Shown here: positions 25,565 to 38,719 of the stretch, piece after piece
How positions within the stretch are numbered: position 1 is the first letter of the stretch
How the letters are laid out: every line of letters begins with the position of its first letter
Source of the DNA: Hemiscyllium ocellatum
Lineage: Eukaryota
Direction: 5' to 3'
DNA: 64,000 bases
NCBI RefSeq assembly: GCF_020745735.1
Contig: NC_083405.1
Location: forward strand, 52,170,345-52,234,344
Notes under the pieces: model-generated
Seen by the model: the letters and a program-made list of their open reading frames with translations, nothing else
Database searches by the model: none
What the model was told of the DNA's origin: nothing
Position numbers and translations under genes: made by a program

Positions 25565-25633
25565 CAAGGTATAATGATAATGATAAATTTCTATTGAGGG
25601 ACCTGTTTAGCTGACTAGAGCAAGACAAGACAA

Positions 25634-25944
25634 GGGCGGCACGGTGGCACAGTGGTTAGCACTGCTGCCTCACAGCAACAGAGACCTGGGTTCAATTCCC
25701 GACTCAGGCGACTGACTGTGTGGAGTTTGCACGTTCTCCCCGTGTCTGCGTGGGTTTCCTCCGGGTGCTCCGGTTTCCTCCCACAGTCCAAAGATGTGCG
25801 GGTCAGGTGAATTGGCCATGCTAAATTGCCCGTAGTGTTAGGTAAGGGGTAAATGTAAGGGTATGGGTGGGTTTCGCTTCAGCGGGTCGGTGTGGACTTG
25901 TTGGGCCGAAGGGCCTGTTTCCACACTGTAAGTCTAAAAAAAAA
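25634..25944 (+). mobile_element. tRNA-derived SINE (HE1/V-SINE-like)
   Basis: A box TGGCACAGTGG, B box GGTTCAATTCC, body TGTGTGGAGTTTGCACGTTCTCCCCGTGTCTGCGTGGGTTTCC, A-rich end. Confidence 0.93.
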
Positions 25945-26899
25945 GTGATCATTAGTTGAGCTGATCAATAGTAAGCAAGAGAACTTCAAAGGCATTATTT
26001 CAAAATGACACCAAAATTCCCTAGTTTAAATTGGGACACAAGAGGCCTCCCAACTGAATTTAAAATGTTTAAAAATTATGCAGGTTGATGGATCAAAGAA
26101 AATCAGAAGGCAGATCTGCAAAAATAATGCCAAAGCTATAGAACTTTGTAAGAGGCAGTTGAGAAATTCCGTTGCTGCTCCAGATACAAAGTGAAGACAG
26201 AGAGAATTAGAAAAATTAAATTTCAAAGGCTGGACCATAGCGGCATTGCAGTCAGTGAAGAACAACACAAACCAATAATCACAGAAGACACATCAGAGAA
26301 CCTAGGAAAAATTGCAGGATCTGGTAGGAAACCCTTAAAAGGAATAAATCGTTGATTTAGTGGTCTGTTGGGTAGACAGCAATAGGGAAAGCCAAATCCC
26401 TAGTAAGGACAGATTAACACAAAAATCTTTCAATCATGAATCAAGCTTGACATGATTACATGTGGTGTCAAACTAGCACAGAGAAAGGTAATTGAAAAAG
26501 TGGCAGTAAATATTCAATAGCCCAGGAGAGGGAAGTGAAGAGATTACTGAAGTAACGTAGAGCAAAGTAGTTTTCAATGATATTTCACTTTAAGAAATAA
26601 ATGCATAATCGAGGTGAAAGATTCACTGGGATAATAACCATATCAGGAGTCAATGCAAGGTTGAGCAGTGTGGGAAAGCTCACAATACTGGAAGCAAGAA
26701 TTAATATTTCAGGTAAAGCACACAAAAGGTTGGAAAAGCCATGGAGCCTGAATTTACATTGAGAGCATTAGAAAGACCAAATCAAACTCAAAACTCTTTG
26801 GACATATAAAGATTCCTGAAATATTAATTTATTTCAGTGTGGATATTAAGTCTAGAGCTGAACAAGTAAATGTGACATTACTGAATTTGAGCAGCAGCA

Positions 26900-27240
26900 G
26901 CAGGTAGTGCAATTGCAAAACAAGGCATGAGTAAAACTTCAGATAAATTGGAACAAATATTTTGTTCTGAGGAGCAACAAAATTTTGCGAAGGGCCAAAT
27001 TCAACAAATGATTCCAGATATCAGGTGAACCAGTAGTTGATTGTATGAATTATGTTAGCTGGTTGAAGGATGTAAGTATGGAGAGTTAAAAGCAAAATGA
27101 ATTCAAAACTATAATGGAGTTACTATTGTTGTATTAGTATCAAACCTATTGCAATCTAAGGAAACTCTCCCTGTAGAAAAGGCATTGCAGCTGTTGAGAC
27201 AAACAGAAATCTATAAACAGAGCAGATCTAATGAGTGATG
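26900..27240 (+). pseudogene. gag: Gypsy-like gag relic (third LTR element)
   Basis: Reads NKILRRAKFNK*FQISGEPV...GCKYGELK...LLQSKETLPVEKALQLLRQTE, matching the Gypsy gag pattern ERAKFNRR.Q..GE...C.YG.L...LQ....LTLEKA. Confidence 0.7.
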
Positions 27241-27369
27241 AAGATAAACTTGGATTCATAGGGTTGCTCTCTTATCAGAAATTATGACCTGGTTAGTGGT
27301 GGTTTAGCCTGAGGGTGACCACACCTCAGGTGAGGTTGAGTATGGGAAATGAACATCACTGTCCATCAC

Positions 27370-28680
27370 AAACCATAGGATGGCAGTTTCCCTGGCTGAA
27401 TTAGCATTTAACGCCAATCCCTAATTGCTCTTAAAAAGGTGGTGACAAGCTGCCTTGTGAACTACAGCAGTTCATTATACGTATTTGACACCACCACCAC
27501 CACTGAGGAGGGTGTTTCAGGATTTTGATCCAGCAGCATTGAAGAAACGATTATACATTTCCAAGAGATGATCAAGAGTGACATGGAGTTGAACTTTCAA
27601 GTGGCGGTGGTCTTTCCATGTATTGCTGTCATGTCCTTTTAGATGGCAGTGCCTTTGAAAGGTGCTGTCTAAGGGACCTTAGTGAATTTCAACAGTGCAT
27701 TTTGCAAATAGTACACACTGCTACTACTGAGCAGCAGAAGTGGGGGATTACATTTTTGACGACATAGACAAAGCATTCTGCTTTATTGTGATGCTATCAA
27801 GCTTCATGTGTTGTTGGGGCTCAGCCAGACAACTGGAAAGTATTTTATCACACTCTTAATTTGTGCCTTGCAAATGGTAGACAGCTTTTGAGGAGTCAGG
27901 GAATGAGTTATGCTGTGCAAGATGTTTAGCTTCTGACTTATGCTTATTGGTCGCATATATGACTAGCACAGTTCACTTTCTGGTCAATGGTAACCCCCAG
28001 GATGTTGATAGTGGGAATTCAGTGATGGTGATTCTATTGAATGTCAAGGGGTGATCTCGTGTTGGAGATGGTCATTGATTGGTACTTGCATGATGTGAAT
28101 GTTACTTCTCAGTTCAAGCTTAGGTTTTGTCCAGAATTTGTTACATTTGGATAAGGACTGCTTCAGTCTCTGAGGAGTCATAAATGATGTTTTATGTAAA
28201 CACTGGCAAACATCCTCACTTCTGACATTATGGTGGAGGGAACATTATTGGTGCACAACTGAAGGTGGTTAAGACCATATATACTACCATGAGGAACGCC
28301 CGCAGAGATATCCTGGAAATGAGATGACTGGCATCCAACAATCTCAATGTCTTATTTTCTGGCAGTTAGAACTGCAACCAGTGGAGAGCCTTCCTCTGAT
28401 TCCCATTAACTCCATTTTGCTAGGGCTCCTTGATGCCACATTCAGTTAAATGCAGCCTTGTTGTCAAGGGCTATCACTCTTATCTCCCATATGGAAATTT
28501 GGCTCTTTTGTTCGTGTTTGAACCACGGCTGTAATGAAATCAGGAGCCGAGTGGCCCTGGTGGAACCCAGACTGGACATCACTGAGCAAGTTATTGCTGA
28601 GCAGGTGCTGCTTGACCACAATCTCGATGACACCTTCCATCAATTTACTGATGGAACGTAATTGATTGTGTCAGATTTGT
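27370..28680 (-). mobile_element. L2/CR1-group LINE fragment (second LINE family)
   Basis: ORF 28442-28633 ends EIRVIALDNKAAFN (RT motif LDIKAAFD); 3' part homologous to 34240-34895, 36010-36690, 45005-45650. Confidence 0.75.
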
Positions 28681-28699
28681 GCTTTAATAAAACTTTAAT

Positions 28700-29762
28700 A
28701 AGATCTGGCTAAAGTAGATTGGGGCAGCTACTTGCAGGAACATTCACATCAAAGCATCACAAGAGTGATACTGAGAGTGCTTGACCAACAGATTCCTATA
28801 AAAGATGAAGTGTAGAACCAACAAAGGCAGAAAATATTTATTGTCAAGAGATGCATAGAACTAGGTTGGAAGAAAGGAATCTTATGTTAGATATTGAAAG
28901 CTTAAAACAGTGGATGCCCTCAAGGAGTATAGAATTGCAGGAATTGCTTTAAAAAAAATTAGGAAAGTGAAGAAGAGACATGAAAAATCACTGGTGAGTT
29001 AAGTTAGGAATATCTAAAGACATTTTCTAAATATATTCAGAGCAAGAGAGCAACCGAGAAAAAAAATAGGGCCCATTAGGGATAAAAGTCACAATCTGCA
29101 TTTGCTGGATGATGTGCTGAAGTTTAAAATGAGTACCCAGTGTTTGTATTCACAACGGAGAAGAATGGTGCAGATCTAGAAATCAGGGAAGATGACTTGA
29201 AGAAATTAGCCTTGATAAGGAGGAGGTATGAATAATTTTAATGTAATACCAGGCCCAGATGAGATGCATCCAATGCTGCTGTGAGAGATAAAAGAGAAAA
29301 TTATAAGGGCTCTGACATTAATTTTAAAACCCTTTCTATCCACAAAAGGGTTGCCAAAGGACTGGAAGAGAGCTAATATGGTATCGTTATCAAGTAGGAT
29401 GGTAGGAATAAACCAGAAAGCTGCAGGCCATTTAGTCTGACATCTTTAGTAGGAATATTACTGTGGGACAGAATTAATCTCCATGTAGAGAGGTGAAGGA
29501 TTATCAAGAATATTGAGTGTGGCTTTGTAAGACACATGTCTTAAAACAAGATTGAATTGTTCAAGGACGTAACTAGATTGTAGATGAGGACGGTGCAGTT
29601 GATGCAATCTACATGGACTTCATTAAGAATTTTGACCACATGGCAGACTGGTCAAGAAGTTAAGAAACCTTGGGATCCAGAGCAATTTGGCAATTTATAT
29701 CCAAAAGTGGCTTGGTGGCAGGAAATAGAGGGCAAAGGTCAAAGGGTGTTTTTGTGACTGGA
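28700..29762 (+). mobile_element. Old CR1 ORF2 fragment
   Basis: PGPDEMHPMLL, KDWKRANMV, DAIYMDFIKNFD motifs in broken frames. Confidence 0.8.
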
Positions 29763-29789
29763 ATGGTAATGGCAAAATTGCATTCACAT

Positions 29790-30461
29790 AGAACAGCAGG
29801 CATTGATGAATTCCCAATCCATACCTTCACTCTGCATCCTAACTCTAAAACTGAAGCTGAAAGTGATGATAAAGCTGTCAAAATATTGTTAAACAAGAAC
29901 AAAAATGTTCCCACTGTAACCTTAAATTAAAGATCTACTTTGCCATAATGTGGGTTAGCATCATCAACACTGTTGATAGACAGAAGGCTATGAAAACAGC
30001 TATGAATCCAATCAAAAATAAATTTCCAGGACTAGAAATTCTGGATTATCACAGAATTGAAGACTGGGAACAGTCTTATCAAAAACAACTTCCAATTATT
30101 GTTCCAAACTATAATTGGAAGTATTATACAAGGATCATTCCCAAGCCGATGGCAAGAGAAAAGGTATGAGTAAGAAACCAAGGCAGCGAATGAGTCATTG
30201 TCTAGAAAAGTGATAATCACCATATTTTATTTAGTACATACTTCAGAAGGTGTTATACATAGTAGCAGGAGGAATCTTATTATTATTCATTTAAGGCAGG
30301 GATCAGATTTTGAGGCAGAAATTAACACAATAAAAACCAAATATTGGAAATCTCAATCCAATCCAAAGCACCAGTGTTCAGAGAGAGATCATGAATCTTC
30401 CAAGTTTGACAAGAACAGATTATGGAAAGTCATGAAGCCTCCTAACAGATTCAACCTGTGA
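29790..30461 (+). pseudogene. pol: Gypsy-like integrase relic, probably the same element as 26900-27240
   Basis: HPNSKTEAESDDKAVKILLNKNKNV...RST (YPQ.NG.AERAV..VK.LL) and terminal KVMKPPNRFNL*. Confidence 0.7.
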
Positions 30462-31127
30462 TGTCACAGATTTGTGGGTAGATGGGGTAATATGTAAATC
30501 TGAATGTTAAAAATAAAACACGAATGAAGAAGTTAGGGCCCTGTGAACAGCAGCTCTCGTAATAATAATGTTAGAAAACACATAACATGAAGACTGCCGG
30601 AAAAATGATCATGGTTTCAGCAGAATTAGAAAAATGGAATGTAGGAAAAGCTGCAGGCCATTCTTCCCAATAAGCCTGCTCCACTACTTAATATGATCAA
30701 AACTGATTCAACACTTCAATTTTAACCACACTATTCCCATAACCCATAACACCATTGGTACCATATACACTTGAGTAATACGTAGAACATATACAACATA
30801 ACAGCGCAATACAGGCCCTTCGGCCTTCGATGTTGCAATGCCCTGTCATACAAATCTGAAGCCCATCCCATCTACACTATTCCATGTACGTCCATTCAAA
30901 CTTTGTTTACTACTTTTCAAGGTTAAATTTATCGGGTTGACTTTTACATGGATACAACTTTTGAGGGGTTCAAATTCATGCCTGTCAAAATTCATACCAT
31001 ATCACTAGCTGAAGCCCAATTGATCTCTAAATGAATTTTAAAAAATGAATTATGGTAACTCTGCAAACCTGGCGTGGAACACAACAGCCAGTGGACTGGA
31101 AGACTGGGAATGGAGTGAAACAACTGG

Positions 31128-31209
31128 GGCTTATGCTCGAAACGTCGAATTCTCTATTCCTGAGATGCTGCCTGGCCTGCTGTGCTTTGACCAGCAACAC
31201 ATTTGCAGC
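31128..31209 (+). mobile_element. 82-bp mini-insertion from a Neptune-type PLE terminal repeat
   Basis: 12-bp TSD TGAAACAACTGG (31116-31127, 31210-31221); starts inside hammerhead stem II (GGCTTATGCTCGAAACGTCGAAT). Confidence 0.92.
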
Positions 31210-31349
31210 TGAAACAACTGGCAGACTGGAAAGCTGGAGCGGGATTGACAGCTGGCACACTGACTCATAAATGTGATCTATTATCTGTGAAGAGCTAGGT
31301 TTGACTTTTACACAGGACATACGGAAAATTCTAGGTTATTTGACCAAAC

Positions 31350-31720
31350 ATAAGAGGTCAATGTTTACATGAGATCGACTATTTCTCGAATATATATGCA
31401 AATTAAAAATCTATCAATCCCTTCTTTAAACATTCTAACAAGAACAAACATCAAAACTTCAACAGTAGCCAATTCCAAAGAGTTACAACTTTCTGAGTAC
31501 AAAGTCTTCAATGGCATATTGTTTATTTTTAAATTGGCTCTCTTCTCCCCAATGAAGGGAAACATCATGTTTGCAACTACAGTCATCCCTCTAAGTATTT
31601 TGTAGGTTTCTATGACATCACCTCTCATTCCACAAAACTCCAGTGAATACAGGCCCAGTTTACTAAACCTTTCTTCTTTGGACAGTTCTATAATCTTAGG
31701 AACAAGTCTGGTGAACAATT
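31350..31720 (-). mobile_element. CR1 3' fragment
   Basis: ORF 31365-31718 FTRLVP...EERFSKLGLYSLEF..MRGDVIETYKILRG. Confidence 0.85.
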
Positions 31721-32482
31721 ATTGCAGTCTGTCTCTGTGGCTATTGTTTGAGAGTGCCACACCTCTATAAGCTTTCCAAAGTTAGACTAACTGACACAAG
31801 TTTGCAAAATTACACATTTGAAAAAATTTTGAGGTCAATTTTGTAGCATCTGGTAGTGATCCATTCATCAACATTCATTGTTCAGTTAGAATATTGGTCC
31901 CATTTTAAAGCTGTTGAGTTTGATTTTGGTCAATAAAAAAAATCCTTTCCTCTCAATTATTTCAGAAATGAATTGGGTGAATATTCAGTCCTGGCATTTG
32001 ACTCTAGGATTTAAGTATGGAATTTTTTCACTTATACAATTAGGAAGTGCTGACCTTATTTGGATTGGGACTTATACTTGGAACTTGTCAAAAGTAATGG
32101 TGTGTTGAATGTTTGATGAGGTAGCAGCTCCTTCAGGACTGATACATTACAACATGACTACACTTCAAAAAGTACTTAATTGGCTGTGAAGTGCTTTGGG
32201 ACGTATGTGGTTGTGAAATATAAATGCAAATTCTTTCTTACTCTCTTGCTGGGAATTAAAGGGATGTGGCTTCCTAAGGGTAAAAGGCATCAAAACAAAT
32301 GTGCTTACATTTCTAAAGTACCTTGTAGCATTCAACATGTTCAAATGGCATTTAAAGGCCATATTGAGCTCAGTATATTAATAAAAATCTGCCTTTTACC
32401 AAAGAGAGTTTGTTTCTTGTATTGTGACAACAAATCCAAAAGATATATGGGTCAACAAAGAGGGTGCCAAAGCACTCTATAC

Positions 32483-33729
32483 CTTAGCAAGTTTTGAGAA
32501 GCTTTGTGGCTCAGGCTGAGGTTCTGGATGTAAGTTTGCTCGCTGAGCTGGAAGGTTCATTTTCAACTTGTCGTCATCATCATATGAAATAACATCATCC
32601 GTGAGCCTTCGGTGACGGACTGGTGTTAGTGACCCGCTTTCTATTTATACGTTTAGGTTTCCTTGGTCCCATGAAAATGTCAGTTCCTGTGGTGATATCA
32701 TTTGCTATGGTGATGTAATTTCCAGTTCTTTTTCTTAGAGGGTGTAAAATGGGATCCGAGCCGATGTGTTTGTTGATAGAGTTCCGGTTGGAATGCCATG
32801 CTTCTAGGAATTCTCATGCGTGTCTCTATTTGGTTTGTCCTATGGTGGATGTGTTGTCCCAGTTGAAGTGGTGTCCTTCCTAATCTGTATTTAAGGATAC
32901 CAGTGAGAGTAGGTCATGTCTTTTTGTGGCTAGTTGATGCTCATGTATCCTGGTGGCTAGTTTTCTGCCTGTTTGCCCAATGTTGTGTTTGTTACAGTTC
33001 TTGCAAGGTATTTTGTCAATGACATTAGTTTTACTTGTTGTCTGTATAATGAACTGTCTTTCAAGTTCATTAGCTGCTGTTTTAGTGTGTTGGTGGGTTT
33101 GTGGGCTACTGTGATGCCAAGGAGGAATGAGTAGTCTGGCAATCATTTCTGAGACATCTTTGATGTAGGGGAGAGTGGCTATGGTTTCTGGGTGCGTTGT
33201 GTCTGCTTGTTTGGGTTTTTTTGCTGAGAAATCGGCAGACTGTGTTCATTGTGTACCGTTTGTTTTGAATATATATGTACAGGTGATTTTCCTCTGCTCT
33301 TCATAGTTCCTTTGTGCTGCAGTGTGTGGTGGCTCATGGAAATAATGTTCTAATGCAGCTTAATTTGTGGATGTAATGCATCTTATATAAGACGAGGAAG
33401 GACACACTTAGACAAGGACAACACATCCATCCTAGGATAAGCCAAACAGAGACACATATGAGAATTCCTAGAAGCATGGCATTCCAATCAGAACTCTATC
33501 AACAAGCACATTGACCTGGACCCCATTTACCACCCCCTGTGAAAAAGAACAGGAAATGACATCACAGCAGGAAATGACATCACCAACCCAAGGAAACCGA
33601 AACACAGAAATAGAAAGCAGTTCACTAACACCAGTGTTTCACTGGAGGCTCACTGATGATGTTATCTAGTATGGTGACAAAATGTCTGAAAATGAACCTT
33701 CCAGCTCAGCGAGCAAACTTACATCCAGA
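32483..33729. mobile_element. Poseidon-type Penelope-like element with inverted structure
   Basis: Minus arm 32483-33375 encodes GIY-YIG (VIDKIPCKNCNKHNIGQTGRKLATRIHEHQ); plus arm 33392-33729 repeats the 3' end inverted; 10-bp TSD CACTCTATAC (32473-32482, 33730-33739). Confidence 0.9.
33650..33689 (+). ncRNA. Decayed minimal hammerhead motif (Poseidon-type)
   Basis: uca-CUGAUGA-U-guuauc(uaguau)ggugac-AAAAU-GUC-uga; GAAAC altered by CpG-type changes. Confidence 0.6.
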
Positions 33730-34239
33730 CACTCTATACATATATGATTTTGGGAACTGAGAATGGGTAATTGGCAAGAGGTCACAACACATAAATCCTC
33801 AGCTTGATGCCCACTGAATTGGGGATGATACTGTCTCAGATAAATATGAGGACCGTCATCCGAGTTGGCAATCCAGAATATCCACCCCAGAGGATAGAAA
33901 ACCAGGAAAAGATCATGGCTAAGGCCATAATTGTGAACGTCATTCACAAAACCCAGAAAAGATGTAATCAGAATTTTAGCTAAGTTAAGATGACCATGTG
34001 AAACACGTTTGAAAGATACATATTGCCTAACATTATTGACCAACCTGCTACACATCTACTACTATGCCAAACCCTCATTAAGCCTTATACTTCATTATAG
34101 ATCATGCAAACGTGTGAACAATGGAAACAAAAACTGGGGGGGTGACGTAAATCCGGCTACTAATTCAGTATGTCCTACATTACACCAAATCCAGCTGCTT
34201 CATCAATGAATTTTACTTCATCAAATGTTCAGCACTGAA

Positions 34240-34895
34240 ATATTTGTTAATGATTGCACAATATTCAGCACGATTTGGAGTGCCTCAGATACTTAAACTG
34301 GTCATCTTAGAGTTACCATTGTCCAGAAACTGAATTGGACCAGCTGGCTCCACGAACAAGTCCAAGGTTGGGAAATGTGTGACAAATAATTCATCGCCTG
34401 ACTCTTCAAACCCTATCCATCTTCTCTGAGGCATTAGTCAGGAGTATGCTAGAAAATTCTCCACTTACCTGGATGAGTGCAGCTTTAACAATAATCAAGG
34501 AGCTTGAACCATCCAGAGAAAAGCAGCCCAATCCATCTAACATCTTCAACATTCGCTCCCTCCACCACTAACACATTTGCCAGCAGTGTCGACCATCTAC
34601 AGGAACCACTGCAACAATCCACTAAGGCTCCTTATACAGCAACTTCCAAGCACACACATCTCAACCAGCTTGGAAAACAAAAGCAGCAGATGCATGGGAG
34701 CACCACTTGCAATTATTCCTCTTAGACACACACCATCTTGATTTGAAATTATATCACCATTCCTTCATTGTCATTCAGTTAAAATCCTGGAACTACATTC
34801 CTGACAATATAATGAGGATATTTGCACCACCACAGCAGTTCAAGAAAGAACTCACTACCACCTTTTCATGTGCTGTTCAGATGGGCAGCAAATTC
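34240..34895 (+). mobile_element. L2/CR1-group LINE 3' fragment
   Basis: FVNDCTIFS (FADDCT), VRSMLENSPLTWMSA motifs and the 3' tail shared with the other second-family copies. Confidence 0.7.
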
Positions 34896-36009
34896 TACAC
34901 ATTCCCAATAGCACGAGCAAAATAGCCTATAAGTTAGTCAGCCCTAGGCCTGTTCAGGTGATCAACATCCAGCCTGACTTTGGCACAAGTCCCTATTCCC
35001 CCCAAAATTGAAAGCCATCTCTTCTACACCAACACTTAAGCTATGCATTCATCTGTCTTACCCTCCTATTTCTGCTCTCACTTGTGTATGACACTGGGAG
35101 TCAACTGGAGATTATTATGTTTCATGTCCAGCTTGCTTATTTTCCACCTAGTGCCTTACATTCTGACTACCCGATCACATGCCTTTTTGACCAATGTTGT
35201 TGATTCCTGCCCCTCTCAGGATGCTCCACATTTCAATGATGTCCTGGACCTTACTACAACAGAGGCAATACACCATCCTGGATTCATAACTGGATTCAGT
35301 TCTCCTAACTGTGGAATAATATATCACTACTGCTTTCTGAGACTTCATTGTAAACCTCTGTGCGGTTGTATCACTTGTAGTGCAATGGACTTGGCTTTGG
35401 CTGTACTAGTATTAATATGCCTTGCCGACACTAATAAGCCGTGCAACTATTAACAAAACCTTATCAATACTGATGATTCCACTAATATTTAACATATTTT
35501 ATTTGCTGCAATAATTCTTTCTTAAGACAAGATACAAAGGTAATAAGTTAATATATATCAATTGTTCCTCATGACATTTTTAACATGTTAATCAACAAGT
35601 TGTACAGACTTAGTTATTAAACAACAATACTCAACAGCCAATCAACATACAACCCATGGGAAATGTGAGAAATTTCCAGATGTGGTTTATATTTATAGGT
35701 TAAGGTTAATAGCCCAATTCTTCCTTTTCCACTTTTCACTTGCCAACTTCTGAAGTCTGCCTATTCACTGTTACAAATAGATGAGTCAGCAATTGCAAAA
35801 AAAAAGGAAAATTCTTACCACTTAGTAATATTAGTTAAAAGCTCATAAAGTTAGAATCAGACTGCAAGGCTATAAAATACCATTTTTGTGAGACTTTTGA
35901 AAAAAATCAGTTTTATACAGTTTTCATAGTTGACTGTCATAGATGAATGCTTAAAATTGAATTTACATTCTTTTGAGGCACTTCATCTTATGCAATTTTA
36001 GTCTTTTTA

Positions 36010-36690
36010 AAAAATGTTTAATGGTATCTGGATGCCTCTGGCAAGGTGAGTATTAATTGTCCATTCTTAAATGCCCTAACAAGGTATTGAGCCACTTTGG
36101 TGAACTACTGCAGCCTGTTTGGTGCAGGTACACTTACAGTGACACTAGGAATGAAGTTCCAGCACTTTCATCCGGCAGCAGAGAAGGAATGACAATAGAG
36201 GGCCAAGTCAATTGAGTGGTGTGTGACTTTGTGGGGAACTTGAGTGTGATAGTTTTTGCATGGATCAGTTGTTTTGTTCTTATAGGTGGTACAAGTTGTG
36301 GGTTTGGAAGGTTACTGTTACAGACAATCTATGAGTTGTTGCAATGCAGTACATGCTCCTGGTCCAATGTGTTGGCGGTGGAGTGAATGACTATCTAATT
36401 TAGTGAATATAGTGCTCATCAAGCAGAACATCTTGTTTTGAATGTTATTGAACATTTTTAGGCTTTTTGGAGCTACATTCATGCAGGTAGTGCAGAATAT
36501 TCCATAAAGAGCCTAACGTGGACAGTCTTTAAGAAGTTGAGAGAGAATTTACACATTGCAGAATTCTCAATGTCTACTACTTTTGTAGTCACAGCATTTA
36601 TATGGCTGGTCCAGTTCAGCTTCAAGAAACCAGTCAAGGTTGGATTGCTATGTAACATGAATGTTAATCGGTAGGATAAAAAACAATCTT
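36010..36690 (-). mobile_element. L2/CR1-group LINE 3' fragment
   Basis: ORF 36479-36694 KLNWTSHINAVTTK...VRLFMEYSALPA. Confidence 0.7.
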
Positions 36691-37669
36691 TCAAGTTAAA
36701 CAGTAAGTGAAAAACACAGAGACAGGAATTTCATGTTGCGACCTACAGGAATGCCATGTCCAGTTTGAGACATGTTATTTATTTAGTGGAACCTCAAGAT
36801 CAAATACCAATTGATTGAGCAATCAATGAATTCTGAGAAGTCTATTATGTTTTCTTTAGGATTCAAAAGCTCAACACTATCTGTTAAACTTGCAGGGAAA
36901 CTATTGATCCTTTCAGAAAGAAATGTGTCAGGAACACTTAATCATTAATATGTGGAACTGTTCAGAACCTGAATGTCCTCCAGGCCAGCGATCATCTTTG
37001 ACATTGCAGTTTTCAATAAATACAGAGCTTCTGAAAGAGATGAATATATCGCATTAAAGCCATCAATAAAATGCATGAGTGCTTGTCTGCTTTTTTATGT
37101 GCACGGTTTTTAGCATATTGGTTCAAGCATCATCTCCCTAACCACCCCTGCCCCACTCCCTACCATTTCCAATCATTAAATGCATATAAAGAACAAAGAG
37201 TTGATTGAAGAGGTTGAATTTCTTTTTAAGAAATTACTGATACCAATACAAATTAAACTGAGTTAATAACCAGCACAAAAGCCACACACCAGGTTCATTA
37301 AGTCCAAATTTCAATGTTAATTTTTATGATTATCCCATAACATTGTCCAGAATGACCCGATCATAGTTCCAATTTTGAGTTGAAATGCTAGAAGGAAGAT
37401 GCATTTAAATTTATTTCTAATATGTGGACAGCTCTGCATTGGTCCATCTTTACGAGTGATAGCAGTGCTCCCAAACCTGGTAAGTGCTTATTTATGTATT
37501 GTTCACTGTCTGGCTCAGCTTAGAGGCAAAGTGTTGTTCTAATCAAGCATTGTGATGGATAGCCTTGGTGCATATCTGCTGTAGATATGGGTATTACTGA
37601 GGACCTCGGACAAGTGGAATGCACTTCCAACGCTATATTTTCTTCTGAAGCCACCCAAACTACATCGAA

Positions 37670-38690
37670 TCACAGATCATGGAAAATCTATGGCACAGGA
37701 AAAGGCATCAGCCAATTGTCTCTGCACTGGCCCCAATAAAGAAAAAGAATTTTTAAAAAACTAACCATTCATTTGAATCCCAACTTGTAGCACCAGGTCT
37801 GTATTTACAGCATGTCAGATGCAGATACAGGTCGTTTTCACATGAGTTGAGGTTTTTCACCACAACTACCAAATTGACTCATGAATTCTAGACATCAAAC
37901 ACCCTCTGGGTGAAAAACTTTTCTCATGCCCCCTCAGATTGTTCTACCAACCACTTTAAAATTTGTGTCCTCTGGTGATTGAACATTTGGCTGGACAGGT
38001 ATGTTTCTTATTTATTCTACGTATGTGTCTCATATTTAAATGAATGAAATCACTGCCCTTCTCTAAGAAAAGCAATCCACCCCTTTCCAAGCTTCCCTCC
38101 CAGTTACAATTTTCAAGCCAGTACCTTTCTTGTAAATTTTCTCTGCACACTCTCTAGATCATATCCCTTCCTTCTGTAATGCGGTGACAGAAGTAGAAGC
38201 AAAATTCCTGCTGTGGTTCAAGCAAAAATGTACACAGTTCTAACTTTGCATACCTGTTTTTATATTGTATAACTTGCTCAATAAAACCTGACACATGCTC
38301 TCTTTTCCATCTTTCTTACCTAACCAGCCATTTTCAAAGAGCTGTAAATATGCACACTAAAGTCTCTCACTTCCTCTCCAAATCCTCCTGTTTATTGCAC
38401 TTTCCCTCGTTTTGTTTGCATTACTTACATTCCAAATTGAATTCTATTTGCCACTTTACCATCCACTCAGCCAAACAATTTGTATCATTACTCACTTGAC
38501 AACCATCCTCTGCATTTTGAGTTACTGATTCTTTTTTGTGTAATTTGCATTTTTCCGAATAATAACCATTCATTGACTGTTACCCTGTGTTTCCTGTCAC
38601 TGAGACTTACCATATTCCCTTCTAACCCCTGGGGCTTTTACTTTTTGAACCAGTCTGCAGTATGGAATGTCATCGACAGCCACAAGTGCT
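37670..38690 (-). mobile_element. Old CR1 fragment
   Basis: ORF 37956-38150 ends SITRGHKF; degenerate CR1 ORF2 and 3' UTR. Confidence 0.65.
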
Positions 38691-38719
38691 TTGCCAGAAG
38701 ATTTGGGGTTGGCTCATAT

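Noticed and set aside
25634-25710. tRNA genes at SINE heads (also 12490-12568 and 41140-41215)
   Set aside because: A and B boxes are present but each continues into the SINE body and tail; these are SINE heads.
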